From Gammaproteobacteria bacterium (GTDB lineage Bacteria > Pseudomonadota > Gammaproteobacteria > Arenicellales > JAJDZL01): a stretch of DNA of 64,000 nt. A model generated the notes under the pieces. It searched no databases, was not told where the DNA came from, and saw nothing but the letters and a program-made list of their open reading frames with translations. Positions 17,551 to 26,285 of this stretch are shown piece by piece. A program made the position numbers and the translations under genes. Every line of letters starts with the position of its first letter. Within the stretch, counting starts at the first letter, position 1. The stretch covers positions 70,106 to 134,105 of the forward strand of contig JAJEHQ010000005.1 of the NCBI GenBank assembly GCA_022823625.1. The letters are read 5' to 3'.

Positions 17551-18771
17551 TTACCAGTCTTCGAGCGGATAACTGGTAAGCATTTCGTATCCTGTTTCAG
17601 TTACCAATACCTGCTCTTCCAGCTTGACTCCTTCCCCACCGTGAATGGAACCCATGTAAGATTCTACACATAGCGTCATTCCAGGTTCGAATACGCCGTC
17701 ATAGCCTTTTTTGTCGAAGTCCATGTAGTGTTTGATGCTGGGATATTCGTCGGCCAGCCCCACACCGTGAATAATCACACCATATCGATTGGGTTGAAAC
17801 TCCTCCGGCACAGGCCACGCATTTCTGGACAGTTCACGGAATTCCACCCCTGGTTTTATCAATTCAGTGTTGAAACGAATTTGTTCTGCTGCCAGCTGAT
17901 ATAGCCGCGCCTGCTCAGGTGTTGGTTTGACTTCGCCACAAATCCAGGAACGAGACATATCACAGCAATAACCATAGGGGCCAATCAGATCAGTGTCGAA
18001 ACTCATCATTTCGCCTTTCTCCATAACTCTCATCGAGGACTCTCTCATCCATGGATTGGTTCGTGGGCCAGATGCAAGAAGGCGCGTTTCAATCCATTCG
18101 CCACCCAATGCAATGTTGGTTTCATGTAACTTCGCCCACAATGCATTTTCCGTAATCCCTGGAGCCATCGCATCGCGCATGTTCGAGACAGCAGTTTCAC
18201 ACACCTGCACTGAATACTTCATCAATTCCAGTTCCTCGGGCGACTTGATGACTCGGGCAATCTCCATGACATCCTGCCCCTCAATCAATTCGATTCCGCA
18301 TTGTTCAAGCTCATGGATACCCAACAAGCTGCAACGATCGACAGCGAGCCTGCGATTGCCACCACCATATGTGGTGATCAGATCATTAATTTCCTGAGCA
18401 AATTTTTTGGCGTTTGCCTCACAACGCGATCCGGCAGCAAAAAAATAAAATGGTGTAATAACCCGGTATTCATCAATCGTTGGCAGATTTTCTGCAAGAT
18501 GAGGCATGTCTCCAAAATCCCACAGAATCACCGGCCCTTCAGTTGCAACAAACACGCAACGGGCTTCATAATGAGAGCACCAAATTTGCATGTTGGTCGC
18601 GTCAGTCACATACCGAGTGTTCAACTGATCAAACAAAAGCACTCCCGCGAGGTCATGCTTTTGGAGCTGTTGACGAACTCTTTCTACCCTGTAGCGCCTG
18701 ACGGTGTCCAGATCGACAGGAGGATCGGAGTATTCCATTGCGCCATGCTGACGATTTCCAGTGTTTGCCAT
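17551..18771 (-). CDS. M24-family metallohydrolase (Xaa-Pro dipeptidase / ectoine hydrolase DoeA / DddP-like)
   Basis: 406 aa with a creatinase-like N-domain plus a pita-bread domain. All five metal ligands appear present: FDTD, CCDMSRS, IIHGVGL, CVESYMG and KLEEQVLVT. Confidence 0.8.
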   Translation of the reverse strand: MANTGNRQHGAMEYSDPPVDLDTVRRYRVERVRQQLQKHDLAGVLLFDQLNTRYVTDATNMQIWCSHYEARCVFVATEGPVILWDFGDMPHLAENLPTIDEYRVITPFYFFAAGSRCEANAKKFAQEINDLITTYGGGNRRLAVDRCSLLGIHELEQCGIELIEGQDVMEIARVIKSPEELELMKYSVQVCETAVSNMRDAMAPGITENALWAKLHETNIALGGEWIETRLLASGPRTNPWMRESSMRVMEKGEMMSFDTDLIGPYGYCCDMSRSWICGEVKPTPEQARLYQLAAEQIRFNTELIKPGVEFRELSRNAWPVPEEFQPNRYGVIIHGVGLADEYPSIKHYMDFDKKGYDGVFEPGMTLCVESYMGSIHGGEGVKLEEQVLVTETGYEMLTSYPLEDW

Positions 18772-19437
18772 TGACCGATCTCCATATAAAAGGATGAATT
18801 GTACATCGTCTATTCAGTGCCTGAAGCGGATATGTTTTTACACTGATATCCCAATGTTGTTATCGACAATTTCTCTTATGCATTGTTATTAACCAGTCTA
18901 TTTCGTCAACATCTCTCGCATCGGTATAAATTTGCGATTCGTAAGCCAAATCGACATGTATGAGTAAACTGGATTTCACATAATTTTTCTCACATCGCGG
19001 CGGCGGTGTCGCCATCACTGAAAGAAACAAGATTTTACGATTTCAACTAAATCAATGACTTATAAATTTTGTTCCTTAATAAGTGATGGATTTATCCCAT
19101 GGTACACTTACCGATGTTGCGTTCGACGCTGTGATGGCGACTGCAAGGCGAAAGCATTTCGTTGCCCTGAACAATACCGTTGCATGGCCTTTCGCAACTA
19201 ACTTATGTGACAGCCTGCGCGATTTTGAAACCTGCTTGCAGAGACAGGTGCGTAAACTGGCACACATAGGATTACCGAATGAGGTGTCTAGAAATACGCT
19301 GGCTAAAATTAATCCATTGAAAAAAATATTTACTTAGCACTATCTTATTTGCTATATTCTTTATCATTGATTGACAACCTACGATTTGCTGAGTGGGAAT
19401 GCTTTCACTTACATTGACAGTATTTGGAGAATTTTTA

Positions 19438-20541
19438 ATGAAAATGAAAATTAGAAAACTTATTCTTGCCCCAATAATGGCAGTTCTTTTTACCGCTGGC
19501 GGTATTGCTGTAACCCATGCTCAAGAACTAGTTGTGGTGTCTTGGGGAGGCGCTTATTCCGCGAGTCAACAAAAAGCCTACTGGGACCCATACATGGCTG
19601 AAAACCCAGGCATTACGATCATCAACGATGATTCCGCGTCTGAAGGTGTAGCAAAACTTAGAGCACAGGCAGAAGTTGGCAATGTGACTTGGTCGCTGCT
19701 AGATGCAATTGCATCTGACACGATCAGCCTTTGCGACGAAGGCTTGATTGAGGAAATCGACCACGATTCTGCGCTGGCACCAGCACCGGATGGAACACCG
19801 GCAACCGTAGATTTTGGCGAATTAATTGTTTCCCCATGCTTTGTGCCAAATATCGTGTATTCGACAACTTTCGGTTATCGCACCGATTTAGTGAAAGTAG
19901 CACCGACATCAATTGCTGATGTGTTTGATTTAGAAAAAAATCCAGGCAAACGATCGCTTGAAAAGAAACCAATTAACAACTTGGAGTGGGCATTGCTTGC
20001 CGACGGTGTCATGGCTGACAACGTTTATGATGTTCTGAGTACTCCAGAGGGAGTCGCGCAAGCTTTCGCCAAACTGGATGGAATTAAAGATCAGGTGGTC
20101 TGGTGGACCCGCGGAGCACAACCGCCGCAGTTGCTTGCTGACGGTGAAGTTGTAATTGCATCTGCATATAACGGTCGTTTATTTTCCGCAATTGAGGAAG
20201 AAGGGCAACCAATTGCTATGATGTGGGATTGGCAGGTGTTTGACCTTGACGGTTTTGTGGTTCCCAAAAACGCACCTCATCGAGAGGAAGTTATGAAACT
20301 CTTGAGGTATGCAACAGATACCCAGAGACTGGCTGATCAAGCGAAGTATATTTCTTATGGTCCTGCAAGAGAGTCATCTGCTGCTATGGTTGGCAAACAC
20401 GCCGACTTGGGAATTGACATGGCACCGCACATGCCAACCGCACCGGAGAATGCAAAAACCACGCTACTGTTTAATTACGAGTGGTGGGCTGACAATCAGG
20501 ATGATCTGAACGAACAGTTCGCATCATGGATTGAACAGTAG
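19438..20541 (+). CDS. ABC transporter periplasmic substrate-binding protein (PotD/PotF, solute-binding family 1)
   Basis: Signal peptide MKMKIRKLILAPIMAVLFTAGGIAVTHAQE. PotD-like blocks VVVSWGGAYS and ASAYNGRLF. GGAGA lies 7 nt upstream of ATG 19438; the track start at 19393 is less likely. Confidence 0.8.
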   Translation: MKMKIRKLILAPIMAVLFTAGGIAVTHAQELVVVSWGGAYSASQQKAYWDPYMAENPGITIINDDSASEGVAKLRAQAEVGNVTWSLLDAIASDTISLCDEGLIEEIDHDSALAPAPDGTPATVDFGELIVSPCFVPNIVYSTTFGYRTDLVKVAPTSIADVFDLEKNPGKRSLEKKPINNLEWALLADGVMADNVYDVLSTPEGVAQAFAKLDGIKDQVVWWTRGAQPPQLLADGEVVIASAYNGRLFSAIEEEGQPIAMMWDWQVFDLDGFVVPKNAPHREEVMKLLRYATDTQRLADQAKYISYGPARESSAAMVGKHADLGIDMAPHMPTAPENAKTTLLFNYEWWADNQDDLNEQFASWIEQ

Positions 20542-20577
20542 TAATTCAGTTCAAAACTTTCATTAATGTTCAACAAT

Positions 20578-20600
20578 GCGGGGCGTGTGTCACGCCCCGC
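20578..20600 (+). terminator. GC-rich intercistronic hairpin after the binding-protein gene (partial terminator or mRNA stabiliser)
   Basis: GCGGGGCGTG-TGT-CACGCCCCGC, a 10-bp perfect stem 37 nt after the stop and 48 nt before the permease gene. Confidence 0.5.
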
Positions 20601-20647
20601 ATTAAAATCATCGCCTCAAATAACTATCCAATTAGGGCAATAGTTCC

Positions 20648-21919
20648 TTGGCCAATGCGACCGCTACATCCAGCGAACCTATAACCACCGCTGATGGTAC
20701 GCCACTAAAAATTAGTCTGGCTCGAGCCTTACGCCGCGACAAGATTAAGTCATTGGCACTTGTCGCACCGTTGTTCTTCTTTATTGGCCTAACCTTCCTG
20801 TTCCCTATCGGAGACATGCTCTGGCGGGGCATCGAAGACCCCATTGTTTCCAGTTATCTTCCTCGCACGGCAGAACAACTGGACAAATGGGACGCAGTGT
20901 CCGGTGAACTCCCCGATGAAAGCACTTATGAAGCTTTGGTTGCTGACATTAAAGTTGGAGCGAAAGACAAGCTGATTACTCGCGTTGGCAAACGCCTGAA
21001 TTATGAACTTCCGGGAATGAACAGTCTGTTTCGAAAGTCCCAGAGAAACATTCCCAGAATTGAAGAAGGACCCTACAAGGAAGCGGTAATCAAAGTTGAC
21101 AAAAGATGGGGAAACGTCGAAACCTGGCAACTAATAAAGACTTTCTCTCCAACCCTCACAACCGGATACTTTTGGGCTGCTTTGGACTTACAGGTTACGC
21201 CCGCAGGAGAGGTCCAGTTTCAAGACGAAAAGAAACGGATTTATTTGCAGTTATTCTGGCGCACGCTATACCTGAGTGGGCTCATTACGCTGATGACGTT
21301 AATCCTGGGATATCCGGTCGCCTATCTGTTGGCGACACTCCCATTGCGTTCCAGCAATGTTCTGCTTATGCTAGTGTTGTTGCCGTTTTGGACATCACTT
21401 CTGGTTCGAACAACATCGTGGATTGCGTTATTACAAAGAGAAGGCGTAATCAATGACATTTTGGTGGGCATCGGTTTAATCGACACGGAGAACCGACTCA
21501 GTATGATTCACAATGCGACGGGAACGGTCATCGCAATGACGCACATTCTGTTGCCATTTATGATTCTGCCTCTGTACAGCGTGATGAAAACCATTCCCAA
21601 TAGTTATATGCGTGCCGCTGTATCTTTGGGAGCACACCCTTTCCATGCATTTTTCAAAGTATACGCGCCTAATACAGTCCCAGGCATCGGTGCTGGTGGA
21701 ATACTTGTGTTTATCCTCGCAATCGGCTACTACATCACACCCGCATTGGTTGGCGGAACTTCCGGAACATTTATCAGCAACTTCATTGCCTACCATGTTT
21801 CAGTATCATTGAATTGGGGACTGGCCGCTGCGCTGGGAATAATTTTGCTGGGATTGGTGCTTGTTCTTTACATTTTGTATGATCGAATTGTCGGTATTGA
21901 TAACATGAAACTTGGTTAG
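20648..21919 (+). CDS. ABC transporter permease (PotB-like) with a ~190-aa N-terminal extension
   Basis: 423 aa. The C-terminal core has a PotB-type EAA loop (YMRAAVSLGAHPFHAFFKVYAPNTVPG). TTG start as in the track. Confidence 0.8.
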   Translation: MANATATSSEPITTADGTPLKISLARALRRDKIKSLALVAPLFFFIGLTFLFPIGDMLWRGIEDPIVSSYLPRTAEQLDKWDAVSGELPDESTYEALVADIKVGAKDKLITRVGKRLNYELPGMNSLFRKSQRNIPRIEEGPYKEAVIKVDKRWGNVETWQLIKTFSPTLTTGYFWAALDLQVTPAGEVQFQDEKKRIYLQLFWRTLYLSGLITLMTLILGYPVAYLLATLPLRSSNVLLMLVLLPFWTSLLVRTTSWIALLQREGVINDILVGIGLIDTENRLSMIHNATGTVIAMTHILLPFMILPLYSVMKTIPNSYMRAAVSLGAHPFHAFFKVYAPNTVPGIGAGGILVFILAIGYYITPALVGGTSGTFISNFIAYHVSVSLNWGLAAALGIILLGLVLVLYILYDRIVGIDNMKLG

Positions 21920-22774
21920 ATGAGAAGCAAACTTCCACCATATACAACACCAACAGAACGAATTTGGCACTATCTGTTTCGCTTTATTTGCGGACTGATT
22001 TTTCTGTTTCTCATTTTTCCGATACTAGTCATCGTGCCCCTTTCATTCAACTCGGTGCCTTTTTTTACTTTCACTCAGGAGATGTTGACCTTTGATCCTG
22101 CGGGGTACTCCCTTCGCTGGTATGAAGACTTCTTTACAAACTTGAATTGGCGCGGCGCGGTCAACAACAGTTTCATTATCGCAATTTTTTCAACATTGAT
22201 CGCGACCGGACTCGGCACATTGGCCGCTCTCGGTTTGAGTCGTCGCAACGTGCCGTACCGCACCACCCTAATGGCAATTCTGATCTCACCGATGATTGTG
22301 CCGCTGATTATTTCTGCTTGCGGGATGTTCTTCTTCTATTCCCGAGTCAATCTACAAGGTACGCATTTGGGCGTGATATTAGCACATGCCGCGCTTGGCA
22401 CACCCTTTGTTGTCATTACGGTAACTGCGACCCTAGTTGGTTTCGACCGCAGTCTAATTCGCGCGGCCAATGGTCTTGGTGCGGATGGCGTTACTACATT
22501 TTTCAAAATTGTCGTTCCACTGATTTTGCCGGGTGTGATTTCTGGTGCCTTGTTTGCCTTTATCACCTCGTTCGACGAAGTCGTCGTAATTCTGTTTGTT
22601 GGAAGTTTTGAACAAAGAACAATTCCGTGGCAGATGTTCTCGGGTATCCGGGAGCATATCAGCCCTACAATACTCGCGGTTGCAACTCTCCTCGTGCTGG
22701 TGTCAATCGCCCTGCTGTCAACCATCGAGATGTTGCGACGTCGAACTGAGCGACTGCGCGGCGTCAGGTCCTAA
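21920..22774 (+). CDS. ABC transporter permease (PotC-like)
   Basis: 284 aa, 6 TM helices, EAA loop LIRAANGLGADGVTTFFKIVVPLILPG. It starts 1 nt after the previous stop. Confidence 0.85.
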   Translation: MRSKLPPYTTPTERIWHYLFRFICGLIFLFLIFPILVIVPLSFNSVPFFTFTQEMLTFDPAGYSLRWYEDFFTNLNWRGAVNNSFIIAIFSTLIATGLGTLAALGLSRRNVPYRTTLMAILISPMIVPLIISACGMFFFYSRVNLQGTHLGVILAHAALGTPFVVITVTATLVGFDRSLIRAANGLGADGVTTFFKIVVPLILPGVISGALFAFITSFDEVVVILFVGSFEQRTIPWQMFSGIREHISPTILAVATLLVLVSIALLSTIEMLRRRTERLRGVRS

Positions 22775-22856
22775 TCTGCTCAACACTTAGGGTTGGCGCA
22801 ATTGTTAGATTTCCCGGTGCTCTAGGGTAAATTCATCAGGCACTTGTCCGAATCCG

Positions 22857-23132
22857 ATGGATTCCAACAACTTCACCTGCATCATCGTCAGCGGCGGAAC
22901 CGTCGGAGGCGTTCTCGCCAACCGATTGTCGGATTTTCCTCCAAACTCCACGCGTGTACTGGAAGCTGGCTCTCGGGATAATCATCCATGCAATCACATT
23001 CCAGCAGGTTCCTTCAAAACCGTGCACAATCCGAAATCTGACTGGTGTTATCAGACAGAATCCGACCCAGGGCTGAATCACAGATTATTCAGTTAACCGC
23101 GTGGAAAACCGCTTGGTGGCTCAAGCTCAATT
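22857..23132 (+). pseudogene. Relic 5' fragment of a GMC-family oxidoreductase gene
   Basis: MDSNNFTCIIVSGGTVGGVLANRLS...LEAGSRDNHPCNHIPAGSFKTVHNPKSDWCYQTESDPGLNHRLFS*PRGKPLGGSSSIS aligns residue for residue with the first ~93 aa of the intact GMC enzyme at 24664. It has a degenerate FAD motif (VSGGTVG versus VGGGTAG) and an in-frame TAA at 23094-23096. Similarity stops after GGSSSI. Confidence 0.7.
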
Positions 23133-23429
23133 AGCGAGGCGGTTGCACTGTCAAAATTGTGCCAAGTAATACAAGCGATTACAGAGGCATAAACTAAAAA
23201 AATTTACCAATTAATCCTGAATTCGGCTTGCGGCGGACTTTTTTGGACGAGAATTGTGTCATATCCACTCCAAACAAGCATCTCAAACACGATGTACAAT
23301 TCATCGTTTCACAGATGCAACAGCAAAGCCAAGCCTCCCTGTTCACGCTGAAAGAAACAGCCGAACAGATTCGCGCCGTGTGCGCGAACAGAACAGAGTC
23401 TGCGAATCGGCAAAGATTCTAATCGATCA

Positions 23430-23471
23430 GTTGAACGGCGAACAGAGCGATTGCGCGGCGTCAGAACTTAG
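23430..23471 (+). pseudogene. Relic copy of the last 13 codons plus stop of the PotC-like permease gene
   Basis: 23430-23471 (VERRTERLRGVRT*) matches 22733-22774 (LRRRTERLRGVRS*). Identity is 31/42 nt overall and 27/30 in the core, in the same frame, with the stop at the same position. Nothing upstream of it is permease-like. Confidence 0.5.
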
Positions 23472-24386
23472 CTAGACTGGCCGGTCACCGTTAATCGTGA
23501 GGCGCCACATAACTCGTCGCTCACCCGGGTAGTCGTTCAGGGCGTAATGTTGCAGACAACGATTGTCCCAGAAAGCAATTGAGCCCGGTTCCCAGCGAAA
23601 ACTACAGCAAATATCCGGCTGTACTGCATGCTTGACCAGATAACGAAGAATTGATTCTGACTCTTCTTCGCTCATTCCTTCGATTCCAACTGTAAACGGC
23701 TCATTTACATAGAGTGCCTTTCGGCCGGTTTCAGGATGTGTACGAACAATTGGGTGAATGACGCGAATATTTGCACTACTGTCCGCGCGAATTGGTGTAC
23801 CTGCATGTTTGTCCTGGTAATCTGTGCTCGCATACTCGCCCTCATGACTGTAAACGTTTTCGGCGCTATGAATCGCGTTCAGACCCTCCAGCATCATCTT
23901 GTAGGTATCGGTAAGCATGTCGTAAGCCAGGTACTGGTTGGAAAATAAAGTATTCCCACCAAATTTTGGAACTTCCATCCCACACAAAATCGAACCCAGT
24001 GGTGGTTCTGCCTGGAAAGTTACATCGCTGTGCCATGTTCCCGAAAAGTTGTACTTGTCTTCTGGATTCTTGATCACCATCATGATTTCGGGATGTCCTT
24101 CCAATGAACCAACGTATGGATGAATATGGAATGACCCAAAACTTCTACCGAAATTCTTTAGGGAGTCAGGCTCGATGAGTTGATCACGAAAAAAGATAAC
24201 CAAGTGGTCGAGGAATGCCTGCTTGATTTCCTCTATCACTTCTTTTGAAACCGGATGTGAGATGTCTACACCAAAAATTTCAGCACCACACGCACCAGCA
24301 TAAGGTTTGACTTCAATGTGCTGATAGTCTTGCTGAACTGAATTGAGACCGGCTCCCGGAATCACCTTGGGTCGTTGCCATTTCAC
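23472..24386 (-). CDS. TauD/TfdA-family Fe(II)/2-oxoglutarate-dependent dioxygenase (taurine-dioxygenase-like)
   Basis: 304 aa colinear with E. coli TauD as I remember it: WHSDVTF (HxD), GGNTLF, HPIVRTHPETGRKALYVN, WDNRCLQHYA. GTG start. Confidence 0.85.
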   Translation of the reverse strand: MKWQRPKVIPGAGLNSVQQDYQHIEVKPYAGACGAEIFGVDISHPVSKEVIEEIKQAFLDHLVIFFRDQLIEPDSLKNFGRSFGSFHIHPYVGSLEGHPEIMMVIKNPEDKYNFSGTWHSDVTFQAEPPLGSILCGMEVPKFGGNTLFSNQYLAYDMLTDTYKMMLEGLNAIHSAENVYSHEGEYASTDYQDKHAGTPIRADSSANIRVIHPIVRTHPETGRKALYVNEPFTVGIEGMSEEESESILRYLVKHAVQPDICCSFRWEPGSIAFWDNRCLQHYALNDYPGERRVMWRLTINGDRPV

Positions 24387-24663
24387 GTCATTTGCTCCCG
24401 GTGATAGTGAACATTCACTCTTCTACATGAATAATTGCTCAGTGATTATAGTTTCGCGATGAGTGTAGACTGAAAGATGTGGATTCGTCTTCCAACCCCT
24501 TAGAATTGTGTGTGGAATGCTAACCATTGAAAATAAAATACAGCGAGGCCAATTCAAACCACTGGCAAAAAAATCAGAAACGGCCAAACCTAAGAGCCAA
24601 ATCCTTTATGTCTAAAATCATCATACTTTCGAATCAAAATCTTTCTCACAGGTCTGCTCTCTA

Positions 24664-26265
24664 ATGCACGCCGACACTTTTGATTACATCATCGTGGGTG
24701 GCGGAACAGCCGGATGTGTACTCGCAAATCGTCTTTCGGAAAACTCAAAACACTCTGTGCTGGTGCTTGAGGCCGGGAAGCGGGATACGAATCAATGGAT
24801 TCACATTCCCGTGGGTTACTTCAAGACGATGCACAATCCAGCAACAGACTGGTGCTACAACACCGAACCTGATCCAGGATTAAACAATCGATCAGTTAAA
24901 TGGCCGCGAGGAAAAGTACTTGGCGGCTCAAGTTCGATTAACGGTCTACTATATGTCCGCGGCCAAAAAGAAGATTACGATGACTGGGAGAATGCCGGCA
25001 ATCCCGGTTGGTCGTATGAGAACATGCTACCCTACTTCATCAAATGTGAGCACCAGGAGCGCGGCGCTGACGAGTATCACGGTCAGAATGGAATGTTGAA
25101 AGTGTCTGATATGCGAATACGTCGAGAAGTCGGTGATGCATTTATCAAGGGTGCTGAGGAAATCGGCATTCCTCACAACGACGATTTCAATGGCGCAACA
25201 CAGGAAGGCGTTGGATACTATCAGCTGACTGCCTGGAAAGGTAGGCGATGCAGCTCATCTGTTGGCTACCTGAAACCCGTTTCCAACCGCTCTAATCTGA
25301 AAGTCGTGACCAAAGCGCTGACATGTCGAATTGTTATCGATGAAAACCGCGCATCGGCTGTGGAATATGAGCAGGATGACAGAAATTTCACTGTCCGTGC
25401 TAGTCGTGAAGTCATCATCTGTGCCGGTGCGATCAATTCTCCACAGCTGCTGATGCTGTCGGGCGTCGGAAATCCTGATCATCTGCGAGAATTTCAAATC
25501 CCCGTCAAACACAACTTGCCTGGTGTTGGCGAGAACCTTCACGATCACCTTCAAATTCGGTCGGTGTATCGCTGTTCAGTCAAGACACTGAATGATGAAA
25601 TTCGAAATCCAATCTACAAAATGCTGATCGGCATGCAGTATTTTGCGTTTCGTACCGGACCAATGAGCATGGCGGCAAGTCAGATTGGCATATTTACAGG
25701 ATCCTTGCCACATATCAATCGCCCAGATATCCAATTTCATTTTCAACCTCTAAGTTCTGACAGTCCTGGTCAAGGTGTTCACAACTACTCAGGCATAACG
25801 TCTTCTGTTACACAGCTTCGCCCAACCAGCCGCGGGAACCTGCAACTAAGGTCAGCCAATCCCCGGGACTACATCGCCATCCATCCAAATTACCTAGCCA
25901 CTGAGGAAGACCAGGTGATCACGGTCAATGCAATGAAGGTGTCCAGAGCCATTGCAAACAGCAAGGCAATGTCGCAATACGTCGAGGAAGAAGTGTTACC
26001 AGGGGATCAGGTGCAAACCGACGAAGAACTGCTCGATTTTGCTAGAAATATTGGCGAAACTATTTATCACCCGGTAGGAACATGCAAAATGGGGCCGGTT
26101 TCAGACCCAATGGCGGTTGTCGATTCAACGCTCAGGGTTCACGGTATAAATGGCTTACGAGTCGTGGATGCATCGATTATGCCCGTGATCACCTCGGGTA
26201 ATACCAATGCACCAACGTTTGCAATCGCTGAGAAAGCGGCTGATATGATTATTGGGAAAAGCTAA
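24664..26265 (+). CDS. GMC-family FAD oxidoreductase (choline/alcohol dehydrogenase-like)
   Basis: 533 aa with DYIIVGGGTAGCVLANRLSE, GGSSSINGLLYVRG, HPVGTCKMG and VVDASIMPVITSGNTNAPTFAIAEKAAD. Confidence 0.9.
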   Translation: MHADTFDYIIVGGGTAGCVLANRLSENSKHSVLVLEAGKRDTNQWIHIPVGYFKTMHNPATDWCYNTEPDPGLNNRSVKWPRGKVLGGSSSINGLLYVRGQKEDYDDWENAGNPGWSYENMLPYFIKCEHQERGADEYHGQNGMLKVSDMRIRREVGDAFIKGAEEIGIPHNDDFNGATQEGVGYYQLTAWKGRRCSSSVGYLKPVSNRSNLKVVTKALTCRIVIDENRASAVEYEQDDRNFTVRASREVIICAGAINSPQLLMLSGVGNPDHLREFQIPVKHNLPGVGENLHDHLQIRSVYRCSVKTLNDEIRNPIYKMLIGMQYFAFRTGPMSMAASQIGIFTGSLPHINRPDIQFHFQPLSSDSPGQGVHNYSGITSSVTQLRPTSRGNLQLRSANPRDYIAIHPNYLATEEDQVITVNAMKVSRAIANSKAMSQYVEEEVLPGDQVQTDEELLDFARNIGETIYHPVGTCKMGPVSDPMAVVDSTLRVHGINGLRVVDASIMPVITSGNTNAPTFAIAEKAADMIIGKS

Positions 26266-26285
26266 ACGATTGTTCGGTCAATCAG

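Noticed and set aside
17551-18771. Calling the M24 protein a creatinase, which would fit the ureohydrolase theme
   Set aside because: All five metal ligands of the pita-bread fold are retained, whereas creatinase is metal-independent and lacks them.
17993-18774. 134-aa and 157-aa plus-strand ORFs inside the M24 gene
   Set aside because: They are antisense shadow ORFs with no motifs, whereas the minus-strand frame carries a complete M24 domain.
22147-22725. 154-aa (+) and 129-aa (-) ORFs overlapping the PotC-like permease gene
   Set aside because: These are alternative-frame or antisense ORFs with Arg/Cys-rich composition. The annotated frame encodes a canonical six-TM permease.
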